DNA of 34,796 nucleotides from a virus (lineage: Duplodnaviria > Caudoviricetes), in the IMG/VR virus record IMGVR_UViG_3300042360_000143, positions 1 to 34,796 of that record. One strand, 5' to 3'. The notes below the pieces were generated by a model. It was not told where the DNA came from. It saw only the letters and a program-made list of their open reading frames with translations, and made no database searches. Positions 8,117 through 17,770 of this stretch are shown here, one piece after another. The first letter of the stretch is position 1. Each line of letters begins with the position of its first letter. Position numbers and translations under genes: made by a program.

Positions 8117-8118
8117 GA

Positions 8119-11100
8119 TTACCGCCTTATTGCTGCTAGGGGTTTAGCGGCGGCTTTACGTACCGCCAGCCCCGCCTTAGTGTTTGCGAGCCGCCGACCA
8201 GCGGCACCCGCGCCTGACATGCCGCCGTAGAACGCGGCATTGATAGGAGCCTCCTCGCGGATTGTGCGGGGCACATCGCGCATCGTCTTTGCCTGCCCTG
8301 CGGCATACAGCGCGCCTTGGCCCAAGTCGTCGGCCGCACCGGCAAGGAAGCGTGCCGCACGAGGTGCGCTGGCGAGGGCCCGCGCGCCGCCGAGGCTTGG
8401 CGCGGCCAGCGAGCCGCCAAGCATGCCCGCAGCCTCGAGGGCCATAGCAGTCTTTGGGTTAGCTTCGCCGTACCGCTCCTGCATCATGCGGATACGGTTG
8501 ACTTCGTTACGGTATGCGTTTGGGTCTTTGGCCGCGAGTGTGCGCAAGCGCGCCTCGATCTCGTCGCCGAAGCCGAAGGTCAGGCCTTGCCCGAACGTGC
8601 GAGCTGCGTTGGCGTAGTCGTAGCCTGCTTTTGGCTGGCCGCCCTTCTTAAGCCGCTGCACGTGGCCGCCACGGTACATGCCGAGTTCGGGGTTGTCGTA
8701 ATCCTCACCAGTGTCGGCGTAAAACATGCGGCCGGTGTCTGGCTCGAAGGTTACCTCACGGCCCGTAAGCTTGTCGACTACAATGCCCTCTGGGGACGCG
8801 TTGATGGCGTCGATCGACACCTCGTCGACCACAGGCGCTTGCGGCGCAGCTTGTGGTGCAGCTTGCTGGTACCGCGCCAAAAGATCCTCTGCCGAGGTCT
8901 GCTGTGGGTAGCCGTTAACTGCGGTAACCTGCACCTCATCTGGCTGGGAAGCCTGCTCGATGGCGTTCGCCGCGCCCACGACCCCGTATGCTGGCAGACG
9001 ATATTTCGACGCAAGGTTTGTAACAGTGTCGGCGAACGGCGCGGTGCGGCCTGCCAAGTTTTGCGCAAAGTCGGAGACCCCACCGGCAAAGCGCCCACCA
9101 GCGTACGCCGCCTCGCCGACAAGGCGCGGCGATGTCAAAGGCAACGCTATCAGTGACGTGCCGCCAGTCGGTATTGCGCCCATAACACCGCCGCCTGCCG
9201 TTACAGCACCGAGGCCGCGTGGCGTGGTAGCGTTTAACTGTTGACCGGCAAGTGACGGGAACATTGTGTCTGCTCCGGCTTCCTCAATGGTGCGGCCGAG
9301 ATCAGCGCGGCGTCCGTAATTGGTGTTTGCGTTGTTGCGCAAGATAGACTGTAACTTGCGGATGCTGGTATCGACGGGAGCGCCACTCTTCAACGAGAGC
9401 GAGCGCTCGATGTCGGCCAGCTTTTCGGCCGCAGTCTGGTACTCCTTCATGACCTTAAAATAGCCGGGTGCTTGCTTGCCTATGACGTCGCGCACTTCGC
9501 CATAAATGCCAGTCGCGATCGAAGCTGCGCGTCGATTGTTGTCGGTGGCAAAATCGTTGGACAGATCCCCGAGGCGTTGCTTCAGCCCGTCCATACCTTC
9601 TGGCGTGTGGAACTGCGCAGGGTCGCCTGCGGCCCAATCGTCCACGATGCCCTTGGCCTTTTCGTACACGGCAGCTGCAGACGGGTTCTTAACCTTGTCG
9701 CCCATGTACGCGCGGTCGCGCAACTTGCCCAGTCGGTCGTAGATGGGCTGGAATTCGAGAATAGTCTTGTCCTTGGCAACATCGACCATGCCGTTGCGGT
9801 ATGCCTCCGAGGCATCCTTGCGCATGTTGCCGACGGCCTCGCGCGCCTGCGCGAGAATGTCTTCCATGTCGCCGCCGCCACGCATGTTTTCGACGAAGGC
9901 CTCGCCCTTAGTGCCGCCTGCCTTACCGGCGCGAACCGCCTCTTTGACGGCTTCGGTGCCAGCGCCAGTCGTGACGCCGAGGACGTTTGCGCCGACTTCG
10001 CCGGTCGCTTTTGAGACGATGTTGCCGAGTTGAACAGGCATTTTTGCGACGCGTGTGGCCAAGCGTACCGGGTCGAGTAGTTTGCTTAACTCGGTGGCCT
10101 TCGCAACCTTACCCACCGCGCCGAGGCCTCCAGCAACCGTGCTGGCGTCCATCAGGATCTCGGCGGGGCGTTCGGCAAGCGCCTCAAGGAAACCTTGCTC
10201 GGTGCCGTACTGATTGGCGTAATGCTCGCCGATGGCGGCGATGGTTTCGCCGTCCGTGACGCCGATAATATCGCCCGCCACTTTGCCCATAAACTGCGCG
10301 GTCTCGGGCAGGTTGACGGTCAGGGCCTTGCCCGTCTCGGCGAAGGTCTCAAGCGCGCTGTATGGAAGGTTGACGAGGCCACGCGCAGACGCGCCGAGTA
10401 GGCCCATGTCTTCCTTAACCTCTTTATCCACCAGATCATAGCTAAAGCCGCCCCAACCGACGTCCTTGTTCATGTTGTCGACGGTGGTCTTGCCTTGGAC
10501 AAGCGCGTCGGCCATGAAGGCCTCGTCCGTTGGCACGCCAGCCTTTATCGCGCCGTCCATAACAACGGCGGCGTAAGTTTCGGGGGTCAGTTTCTTTTGG
10601 TCGTACAGCGCTCGAATGCGGTCTTCCGTCTCCTGCGGGAGGCGATAGCCCTTGACTTCGTTTGGCGCTAGTTCGCGGCGGATTGAAGCTTCTACCTCGT
10701 CCACGCCGCGCGGCTTAACACCGAGTGCTACGAGTTCTGAAGGCAATTTCCCCTCGGCCATGCCCGAAAGGAGCATGTCAAGCATCGCGTACTTGCCCTC
10801 GATAGCTATGTCACTGTCGCCAGCTTCAGGAATGTAGGCCTTGAAGACCTCCATTTCCTTGTCACTGTCGCCTTCTTTTGCGGACTGGGCTACGAGAGGA
10901 CGGATAAGGGGCAAGATGGCTGCGTTGGTTTTAGTAAATCTTTCAAACTGCGGTATGGCAGGGATTATGCCGCCAAGGCTCGGCTTGTCAAAGTACTCCC
11001 CGTAACCGAAAGCGCGGGACGCTGGGTTGCCTTTAATGTCATTCTTGTACAACTGTATGCTGTTCAGCATCTGCGCGCGCACGACGGCAGCGCGAGACTG

Positions 11101-11364
11101 CGCGCCTTTCGTTTTGGCTTCGAGTGCGACTTCAGTTGCGCTCTTGGGTGGGCCTTCCCTAGCTTCACGCTCCGCCTTGTCAGCATTAGCTTCCGCCGTT
11201 CGCGCGTCTGCTTTTGCTTTGCGGATGTCGTCTGCCATAGTCGCTCCGGTGAGAGCGATGTCCTGACCGCGCTTGATGCCTTCCTGCGACGTCTTGGTCC
11301 CTTCAGGGCTGCTGCTCTCGGCGGCCTTAGCCGCTTTGAGGTCTTTTGACCAAAAATCTGCCAT
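8119..11364 (-). CDS. Large internal virion (DNA ejection) protein
   Basis: 1081 aa, helical and Ala/Gly-rich; AGGAG RBS; TSPRLVGEAAY and GQGLTFGFGDEIEA motifs typical of podovirus ejection proteins; position after the nozzle gene. Confidence 0.7.
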   Translation of the reverse strand: MADFWSKDLKAAKAAESSSPEGTKTSQEGIKRGQDIALTGATMADDIRKAKADARTAEANADKAEREAREGPPKSATEVALEAKTKGAQSRAAVVRAQMLNSIQLYKNDIKGNPASRAFGYGEYFDKPSLGGIIPAIPQFERFTKTNAAILPLIRPLVAQSAKEGDSDKEMEVFKAYIPEAGDSDIAIEGKYAMLDMLLSGMAEGKLPSELVALGVKPRGVDEVEASIRRELAPNEVKGYRLPQETEDRIRALYDQKKLTPETYAAVVMDGAIKAGVPTDEAFMADALVQGKTTVDNMNKDVGWGGFSYDLVDKEVKEDMGLLGASARGLVNLPYSALETFAETGKALTVNLPETAQFMGKVAGDIIGVTDGETIAAIGEHYANQYGTEQGFLEALAERPAEILMDASTVAGGLGAVGKVAKATELSKLLDPVRLATRVAKMPVQLGNIVSKATGEVGANVLGVTTGAGTEAVKEAVRAGKAGGTKGEAFVENMRGGGDMEDILAQAREAVGNMRKDASEAYRNGMVDVAKDKTILEFQPIYDRLGKLRDRAYMGDKVKNPSAAAVYEKAKGIVDDWAAGDPAQFHTPEGMDGLKQRLGDLSNDFATDNNRRAASIATGIYGEVRDVIGKQAPGYFKVMKEYQTAAEKLADIERSLSLKSGAPVDTSIRKLQSILRNNANTNYGRRADLGRTIEEAGADTMFPSLAGQQLNATTPRGLGAVTAGGGVMGAIPTGGTSLIALPLTSPRLVGEAAYAGGRFAGGVSDFAQNLAGRTAPFADTVTNLASKYRLPAYGVVGAANAIEQASQPDEVQVTAVNGYPQQTSAEDLLARYQQAAPQAAPQAPVVDEVSIDAINASPEGIVVDKLTGREVTFEPDTGRMFYADTGEDYDNPELGMYRGGHVQRLKKGGQPKAGYDYANAARTFGQGLTFGFGDEIEARLRTLAAKDPNAYRNEVNRIRMMQERYGEANPKTAMALEAAGMLGGSLAAPSLGGARALASAPRAARFLAGAADDLGQGALYAAGQAKTMRDVPRTIREEAPINAAFYGGMSGAGAAGRRLANTKAGLAVRKAAAKPLAAIRR

Positions 11365-11381
11365 TTTAATCTCCTGCGCCC

Positions 11382-12038
11382 TTATTGTTTCGGGATAACT
11401 TTACCGGCATCTGGGCCGGAAGGCACTACGTAATACTCACCAAGGGGGATCGCCTCGTATTCGGCCCTATTCTTCGGGCGGTGCACTTCGTTCGGTATTT
11501 CACGGACGGCCCCCTTTGCGTCGAGGTCGTATCTGAACGGCGCTTTAGTGCTTTTCTTAAACATCGGCGCTGCCGTCTTCACGAGGTCCGCCGCAGTCTG
11601 CGCACGCTTGACGCCGTAGCCGCCAGTTGTCTCCATGTATTGGTCCTGTAGCGCAGCCAGTTGCGCGTCGCGCTGCTCGCGGGCCTTGCGCTCGGCCTCA
11701 GATATGTCGCTGAAAGCGCCGGAGATCTTGCCTACAGTGCCTGCAAAACCGCGATAGTCCCTCGGGGCCAGAAGCGCCTTGGACAGCATGAAGAGCTGCT
11801 CGGACTGCGTCGGGCCTTGGTTGCGCTCTTTGATGCGAGCCTCACCAGCCTCAAAACGCTTCTTGGCGCTATCTTCTTGCTGGGCCAGTGCGCGCATTTG
11901 CTGCCCGTACAGTGACTGCAAGAGGCCCGGCAGCTTCGCTTGGTCGCCAAGTTGCGCGAAGTCGATGTCGCCTTTAGCAGCCAAGTCGGCCATTGACTGT
12001 GCTCGGTCGTCGGCTTCCGTGTCGTCCTCGTACATCAT
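11382..12038 (-). CDS. Putative internal virion protein (coiled coil)
   Basis: 218 aa, coupled by TAATG to the upstream gene; charged helical stretches; within the ejection cluster. Confidence 0.6.
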   Translation of the reverse strand: MMYEDDTEADDRAQSMADLAAKGDIDFAQLGDQAKLPGLLQSLYGQQMRALAQQEDSAKKRFEAGEARIKERNQGPTQSEQLFMLSKALLAPRDYRGFAGTVGKISGAFSDISEAERKAREQRDAQLAALQDQYMETTGGYGVKRAQTAADLVKTAAPMFKKSTKAPFRYDLDAKGAVREIPNEVHRPKNRAEYEAIPLGEYYVVPSGPDAGKVIPKQ

Positions 12039-13108
12039 TAAACTCCCAACAGCTTGCTGAGCGCTGAGCCAGACTGCGCGTTACCCAATATGCCGCCAAG
12101 AGCCGCCAGCGCGCCGCCGACTGTCTCGGCTGTGCTTGGTGGTAGCTTCTCTTGGTAGCCGAGTGGCACGATGCCTTCTTCCTTGCTTGCCTTTGGTACG
12201 CCGCCTGCGACGCCACCGAACGTCTGCAGCATAGCATTGATCTGCTCTTGCGGATAGCCCTGCTGACGCAGGAAGTCGCTGTATGCGACGTCGAGGTTCT
12301 TCTGCGCCTGACCCTGCTGTGTCGCGCCGACTTGCTGCAGTGCGCCCGCGCCGGTGAGGCCGAGGTTCTGCGCCTGCGCGCCAAGTTCGCCAAGCTGTCC
12401 TGCGCCAGCAAGCTGACGCGACAGATCCTGCCCGCCGAGGCTGCCTGCCGTCGAGGCGAGTGCCGCTTGGCGCGACAGGTCTGTGCCCGCAAGGCCTGCG
12501 GCCTGCGTGTAGCCGGATTGGAGCGCTTCAGTCTGCTTGCCGAGGATGTCGGCGCTGGTGTCGCGAACGGCACGCGCGGTGTCGGTCAGCATCCCCGATG
12601 GAGTGCCGCTGCCGTTGCGGCCACCGAAGCCGAGCTGGCCCGCTTGGATGTAGCGGCCCTCGATCTGCGGCATGATGTTCTCGGTAAGGTTGCGTGTGCC
12701 CAACTCGCCGATGCGGTTGACGACAGCCTCATTGTACGGGTTCATGTACTGGTTGATGTTGGCGACGCTGGTCTGGCCTGCCGCGCCGAGGTACGGCTGC
12801 GCTACGTTAAGGCCGCCCGGCGCGTTGATCGCGCCCTGCGTGGCCTGCGTCGCGGCGTTCAGCGCGGGCTGGTAGGCCGTGGCCGCTTGGCCGGTCATGC
12901 CGAAGCCTTGCTGCATCGTTGGCGAGAACTCGGCTACGCGCGGCCCTTGGTACGTCGGCAATGGCTGCGCGGCGAGCGCCTGCTGATTGGACAGCAACTG
13001 CATGGCGTAGTTCGTGTACCAGTCGGGAAGCACAGTCTCGCTGGTGAGCGACTTAAACGTCGAGCCCGTGGGCAGCTGCCCGTTATTGAGAAAGTCGGTA
13101 AGCGCCAT
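12038..13108 (-). CDS. Internal virion (pilot/ejection) protein
   Basis: 356 aa rich in Q/A/G; QYMNPY and GFGG motifs; C-terminal glycine-zipper helix VGGALAALGGILG. Confidence 0.7.
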   Translation of the reverse strand: MALTDFLNNGQLPTGSTFKSLTSETVLPDWYTNYAMQLLSNQQALAAQPLPTYQGPRVAEFSPTMQQGFGMTGQAATAYQPALNAATQATQGAINAPGGLNVAQPYLGAAGQTSVANINQYMNPYNEAVVNRIGELGTRNLTENIMPQIEGRYIQAGQLGFGGRNGSGTPSGMLTDTARAVRDTSADILGKQTEALQSGYTQAAGLAGTDLSRQAALASTAGSLGGQDLSRQLAGAGQLGELGAQAQNLGLTGAGALQQVGATQQGQAQKNLDVAYSDFLRQQGYPQEQINAMLQTFGGVAGGVPKASKEEGIVPLGYQEKLPPSTAETVGGALAALGGILGNAQSGSALSKLLGV

Positions 13109-15765
13109 TATGCTTTTCCTCCGGCCAAGTAATGCTCTGGCCTCTTTGCGTTATCACTGAATTTGCCGCGAGCAAGCTTCTTGCCCTTCTGCTTGCGGAC
13201 TTTTACGCGGAAGCTGTCGAGCAGCTTCGCGCCTGCCTTGTTCGATCCGTTGCCGAGGAGGGCCACAGTCTCCGCGTCGATGACGTACTCGCCGTCGGAC
13301 AGGAGCGCGGGGATCTTGTCGTCGCGACCGTCACCGGCACCCTCGACGGCAAAGCCGCCACGCGCAAAGCGCATGTCGTCGACTTCAGGGGCGTACATCG
13401 ACGGGCCTCTAGGCTCCTCCGGTATTGGCGTCGTGATCGGCTGCGGCAACGCAACCGGCGGCGTGGCTACGCGCATTGGCTGCGGCGCAAATGCGTCCTC
13501 GGCGGTTGAGCCTTCATAGCCGGTGTACGCGCGGCTGGTGTTCGGCGCGCCTTGTGTGGCGTAATCGAAGAAGCTCTGCTCTGGGCCGTAGCCGTAGCGG
13601 TAGTAGTCTTGCGGGCTGCGCATGCCTTGGCTTGCGAGTGTGGACGCAGGGAGCGCACCGCCGCCGACGCCGCCCTGCAGGGTCGATGCGGGCAGTTGCT
13701 TGCTGAAGAGCGAGCTAAGGCCGCCCATGCCTGCGGGTATGGTGCCGGTAGAGCCGCCGCCCTTGCCGCCGCCGCCCAAACCGCCAAGCAAGCTGGATGC
13801 AAGACCGGCGAGGCGCAGGTAGTCGGCGATGTCTTTGGCGGTGAGCTTTTTATCGGCCTCGGCGGGCTGCGTCATATCCGGCAAAGGCTTCTCAACGCCC
13901 CATAAAACTGGCGGTGTAGTAGTCTGCCGCCCAGTGACTTTAATAAGGGGCTCTTCGGCTGGCCCGTTAACCGCACGCAGTACTTCCGGCGACAGCGCGC
14001 CGTCGGGGATGGTTACATTTGGCGAAAGTGGATTTCGGAAGCGATTGCCTTCCGCCACAATCTCACCGGTAGCGGTGTCCACCCCGTCAATCACGGAGCT
14101 AAGTGGCCCGCGAACGTCGCTGGTTGGGATAGATATGTTTGGCGAAACCGCGTCGAGGCGCTCTCCCGTTACCTTGATGATGTCTTCGGCGGGGGTTTCC
14201 GCTGCGGGAGGTTGCTCAACCGGCGGCTGAACGACCTCGTTAACAACCTCCGGCGGAAGACCGCTTGGGATGTTTACGAATGGTGCAAGCGTAATTTCGC
14301 GGCCAGTCACCGTTGCTGCGGGGGGTTCTTCCTGTGCGACGGGTTCGGTTGCGGGCTGCTCCGCACGGAACATCTGGTCGAAGGCCGACACCGGTCCGGT
14401 AGGCGCGCCGAATACGTTTCCGACGTCCACGCCGGCCAGATTGCCGAACTTGCCGCCAATGACTTTGAGGCCGTCGTACGGATCTTGCACTTTGGGTGGA
14501 GCTGGTTGCTGAGTGCCGCTTGGTGCGCCGCTGAACGGTACCGCTATAGAAGGCGCGGTGTACCCAGTCACAGTAGCCATGACGTTAGGGTCAACGGCAC
14601 CCCCGCCGCCGGTGCCTGTAGAAGGCGCGGCACCTTGGCCTATACCTAAACTTTCCTGAATGCCCGGCGCGGCATACGCAAGAGCGCCGGAGGCAGCGCC
14701 GCCAAGGAGCGAGTTCTTCAGGCTCTGTCCGGTGGCCAAGCCACCTACGGTCGCGCCGATGCCGGTGCCAAGTGGTTTAGCCAAATTGCCTAAATCACCT
14801 ATTGCTGGTATCTTAGGTATTAGTGCGCCCCCAGCGGCAGTAAGGCCACCTAATGCGGCACCTTTAAGGACATTCTGGCCTTTAAGCGCAGAACTTGCCC
14901 CACCTGTGAGCGCCCCAAAAGCAAGCTGACCCCCAAGAGTTTTAGCAAAATTAGCGCCAAGCAAAGCTGCGTTAACACCCGGTATAGCCATCATCGCCAA
15001 TGGCAGCACGGTACCCGCCACATTGGCGATTTGGCCCAGCGTGCTCTTGTTCTTCTTCTCGTACGCGACGGTCGAATAGTTGCCAGTCGGATCTGCGGTC
15101 TGGATGCTGTAGTTCGCCTTGCGACCAAACTGGTTCGTCAAGCCCTGACCCAATTCAGTTGCCTTGCGCGCGGCGTCGAAGCCGGTGCCTTCGAACACGA
15201 TCTGGTTGGTGCGATGGTCCACAAGGCGCACCGGCTGATCAGCCCGCACCGCGAAGGTGTTGCCGCCCGTCTGCGACGTGGGGTTGCCTTTGTTAGATAA
15301 CGGCGCGCCGATATACTGAAGATTAGGGTCGGGTTGATATATGCCGCCCATCGGGCCGCCACCGAAGTTCGAGGCGAAGTTTAACCCGCTCAAGTCCAAG
15401 CCAGCCAAGCCACTAAAGTCAAACGTGCTAGGGTCGAATGGCACCTCGGCAGGCGCGGCCTCTTGCGTCATCGGCTCCACGGCAGGCTCGTACTGCGGCT
15501 CGGCGGGCGGAAGCAGCATGCCGCCGCCTGTGTCGTACGGCAGCTCGCCATAGTTGCCCATGTCGTACATCATAGGCTGCTCGACAGGCATATACTGCTC
15601 GAGGGGTGGGGTATACTGGTACGGCTCGCTGTAGCCGCGCGTGTCACCGTCGCCGTAGCCGCCCATGTCGTACATCATAGGCTCGCCGTATTGCACACGT
15701 CCGCCTACGGCGTAGCGCGGCACAGACGTCCGCAGGTAGTTACTGAAGCCGGGGATGTAGTTCAT
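13108..15765 (-). CDS. Putative internal virion protein with glycine-zipper region, ~40-aa repeats and C-terminal FARGG..DKIPALLSDGEYV domain
   Basis: Start reassigned to ATG 15765 (ATGA overlap), giving 885 aa. The C-terminal GG..GDGRDDKIPALLSDGEYV motif is the type also seen in tape-measure/ejection proteins. Confidence 0.7.
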   Translation of the reverse strand: MNYIPGFSNYLRTSVPRYAVGGRVQYGEPMMYDMGGYGDGDTRGYSEPYQYTPPLEQYMPVEQPMMYDMGNYGELPYDTGGGMLLPPAEPQYEPAVEPMTQEAAPAEVPFDPSTFDFSGLAGLDLSGLNFASNFGGGPMGGIYQPDPNLQYIGAPLSNKGNPTSQTGGNTFAVRADQPVRLVDHRTNQIVFEGTGFDAARKATELGQGLTNQFGRKANYSIQTADPTGNYSTVAYEKKNKSTLGQIANVAGTVLPLAMMAIPGVNAALLGANFAKTLGGQLAFGALTGGASSALKGQNVLKGAALGGLTAAGGALIPKIPAIGDLGNLAKPLGTGIGATVGGLATGQSLKNSLLGGAASGALAYAAPGIQESLGIGQGAAPSTGTGGGGAVDPNVMATVTGYTAPSIAVPFSGAPSGTQQPAPPKVQDPYDGLKVIGGKFGNLAGVDVGNVFGAPTGPVSAFDQMFRAEQPATEPVAQEEPPAATVTGREITLAPFVNIPSGLPPEVVNEVVQPPVEQPPAAETPAEDIIKVTGERLDAVSPNISIPTSDVRGPLSSVIDGVDTATGEIVAEGNRFRNPLSPNVTIPDGALSPEVLRAVNGPAEEPLIKVTGRQTTTPPVLWGVEKPLPDMTQPAEADKKLTAKDIADYLRLAGLASSLLGGLGGGGKGGGSTGTIPAGMGGLSSLFSKQLPASTLQGGVGGGALPASTLASQGMRSPQDYYRYGYGPEQSFFDYATQGAPNTSRAYTGYEGSTAEDAFAPQPMRVATPPVALPQPITTPIPEEPRGPSMYAPEVDDMRFARGGFAVEGAGDGRDDKIPALLSDGEYVIDAETVALLGNGSNKAGAKLLDSFRVKVRKQKGKKLARGKFSDNAKRPEHYLAGGKA
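15556..15683. repeat. 23-bp perfect direct repeat within CDS
   Basis: gcccatgtcgtacatcataggct at 15556-15578 and 15661-15683, encoding PMMYDMG twice. Confidence 0.9.
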
Positions 15766-15998
15766 GAGCTTGTACCTTCGAGCATCGGATATACACGCAT
15801 TCCCCACTCACGCCAATCCGAGAACTGATATGGATCGGGAATAATTTGCTGCGTAAATGGCGAGGCACGCAACAGCCCTATAGCCCAGCCTTGCCACGCG
15901 GCCTCTTCGGGCGGTGACCCGAACGACCACGCGTCGTTGACGGACAATACGACCGAGGAGGCCCAGTCTTGCCAAGTCATGCCGCGAGGGTCGATCAT
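15762..15998 (-). CDS. Small Trp-rich conserved virion-cluster protein
   Basis: 78 aa; WQDWA/WQGWA/PDPYQFSDWREW; ATGA overlaps on both sides. Confidence 0.75.
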   Translation of the reverse strand: MIDPRGMTWQDWASSVVLSVNDAWSFGSPPEEAAWQGWAIGLLRASPFTQQIIPDPYQFSDWREWGMRVYPMLEGTSS

Positions 15999-17770
15999 CC
16001 CAGTGTCGTCCCGTCGCCGGACTGGACGTGTGCAAGCACAAGGCCCATCTGATAGTCGCCGCCGAGAGTGTTGCTCTCGAAGCGGAAGCGCAGCTCGCGG
16101 CGCTGTGTCTTCAGGAAGACGACCTGCTCCTGCGGCGTCTGCGGGTTCTCAACGAATGTCATGATTATGCCGTTGACTTCAGGCGCACGAGCGTTGGCGC
16201 GGCCCATAACCTGCACCGTCATGTCGCCGCTCTGCACGAAGTCTGGCTCAAGCATTAGTACCTGCAGCGACTTGTTAATCTGCGACGTGGCAGGCAGGGA
16301 CAAGTCGGCAGTCTCGAAGAAGGACTGTATGGGGTTGAGCGTCAGGCCGTCAATCTCGTCGGTGCCGACCTCGTGAACCCAGAACTTGTACGGATTGTCG
16401 AACGTCATGTCGAACGTGGCCGCGCTACCAGAGCCGCCAGTCACGCTGACAGGGTTGACTGGGATCTCCGTGTACTGGCCCGCGTTGGTGATGGTAACGC
16501 CGGTGATGGCCCCGCTGCCGCCGACAGTTGAGACCGTCAACTCCGTGCTAATTTGGCCCAGACCCCCAACGAGGGTGAGCGTGTCGCCGACAGTGTAGCC
16601 GGTGCCGCCCGCAAATACTCCAGCCCCAAAGGCCGCAGCCTCCTGCGGCTCAACGCCAGACAGGAGCGGCTTGCGGAAGACGGCGGGGAAGAGGCCCGCA
16701 CCGCGTCCGCCATTGGGCAGCTCGGTGTCGTACCACGTATTCTCGCGCACGTTGTAGATGACGGCGTGGTTCGGCTCGATGCTGTCGCCGAACGGGAAGC
16801 ACCACCAGATCTCGCCGAAGCGCGGAACCTTATACGCGAACACCTTCTGGCGCTGCGCGTAGTTTAGGTTGTCGAAGAAGAAGTTGATGTTCATGTTGTT
16901 TTCGACTTCGCGCACGACGCCGTTGAACGTCAGGAAGCGATCGGTGCCAATCCAGTAGAAAATGCCGTCGTACTCGATGACGGACGCGGCCGACAGGATC
17001 GAGGACTGTGTGCTGATTGTGTCGAACTGGAACACCGCCGTGCCGCCGACATAGGTGCCGCGAATGAGGCTGTCGGCTGACCAGAAGAGGCCCGACGGGC
17101 TGTTGCCCGGTCCGCCGCGCAGCGGCATGCCTTTGACGACCTTCTGGCCGGTGATGTACGCATTGCCTGCGCCAGAGCTGGTAAAGTCTGCGGGGTCGTT
17201 CGGCACGGACCACGCCGCGTAGCCGTCGTTGCCGAAGGCAAACGTGTACGGCGGCAGCGTGACGACGCCGCCAGTGACGTTGAAGTTTGCGGGCACCGTG
17301 GTGACTTGCGTCAGGGCAGACGTACCGAGGAGGTCGCCAACGAAGAGCGCGCCGCCGTCGCTGTTGCATATGCAGTTCAGGTTCGGCGCGACTTGCGCGA
17401 CGATCTGGTTGCCGTTCGTCGTGTCGTACGCCGTGGCGAACTGCCAAAGGTTCCCTGCGTCTGGGGTGAAGCCCGACGCCGGTGTGCGGTCGGTAATGAC
17501 GCTCGTGTTGTACGTGCCGTCGATGAAGAAGCGTTCAAGGCGGTTGGCCGATCCGGCGTGGACGTAGGTCAACAGATCCTGCGTATATTCTGCGAGCGTG
17601 CGCGGCAGGCCGCGCAGGAACTTGTTGATCGAGCGGTAGCCACCAATTTTACGCGGCAGGCCGCGCTGGAAACGGACCCACTGCCCGTCAACGTACTGGT
17701 CGCCCTCGAACTTCGTCCCATCCCGCTTGATGCCGGGCTTGGACATTATCTGTACGATCTGTTCAGCCAT
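15995..17770 (-). CDS. Tail nozzle / DNA stabilisation protein (P22 gp10 / T7 gp12-like)
   Basis: 591 aa beta-rich; PGIKRDGT, WVRFQRGLPRKIGG, FGEIWWCFP, YNVRENTWY, RELRFRFES; position before the ejection genes. Confidence 0.75.
   Translation of the reverse strand: MAEQIVQIMSKPGIKRDGTKFEGDQYVDGQWVRFQRGLPRKIGGYRSINKFLRGLPRTLAEYTQDLLTYVHAGSANRLERFFIDGTYNTSVITDRTPASGFTPDAGNLWQFATAYDTTNGNQIVAQVAPNLNCICNSDGGALFVGDLLGTSALTQVTTVPANFNVTGGVVTLPPYTFAFGNDGYAAWSVPNDPADFTSSGAGNAYITGQKVVKGMPLRGGPGNSPSGLFWSADSLIRGTYVGGTAVFQFDTISTQSSILSAASVIEYDGIFYWIGTDRFLTFNGVVREVENNMNINFFFDNLNYAQRQKVFAYKVPRFGEIWWCFPFGDSIEPNHAVIYNVRENTWYDTELPNGGRGAGLFPAVFRKPLLSGVEPQEAAAFGAGVFAGGTGYTVGDTLTLVGGLGQISTELTVSTVGGSGAITGVTITNAGQYTEIPVNPVSVTGGSGSAATFDMTFDNPYKFWVHEVGTDEIDGLTLNPIQSFFETADLSLPATSQINKSLQVLMLEPDFVQSGDMTVQVMGRANARAPEVNGIIMTFVENPQTPQEQVVFLKTQRRELRFRFESNTLGGDYQMGLVLAHVQSGDGTTLG

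Noticed and set aside
11371-11378. RBS of the 1081-aa gene (CGCAGGAG on the minus strand) complementary to loop nt 1059-1066
   Set aside because: Only 8 nt, five of which are the generic Shine-Dalgarno sequence.
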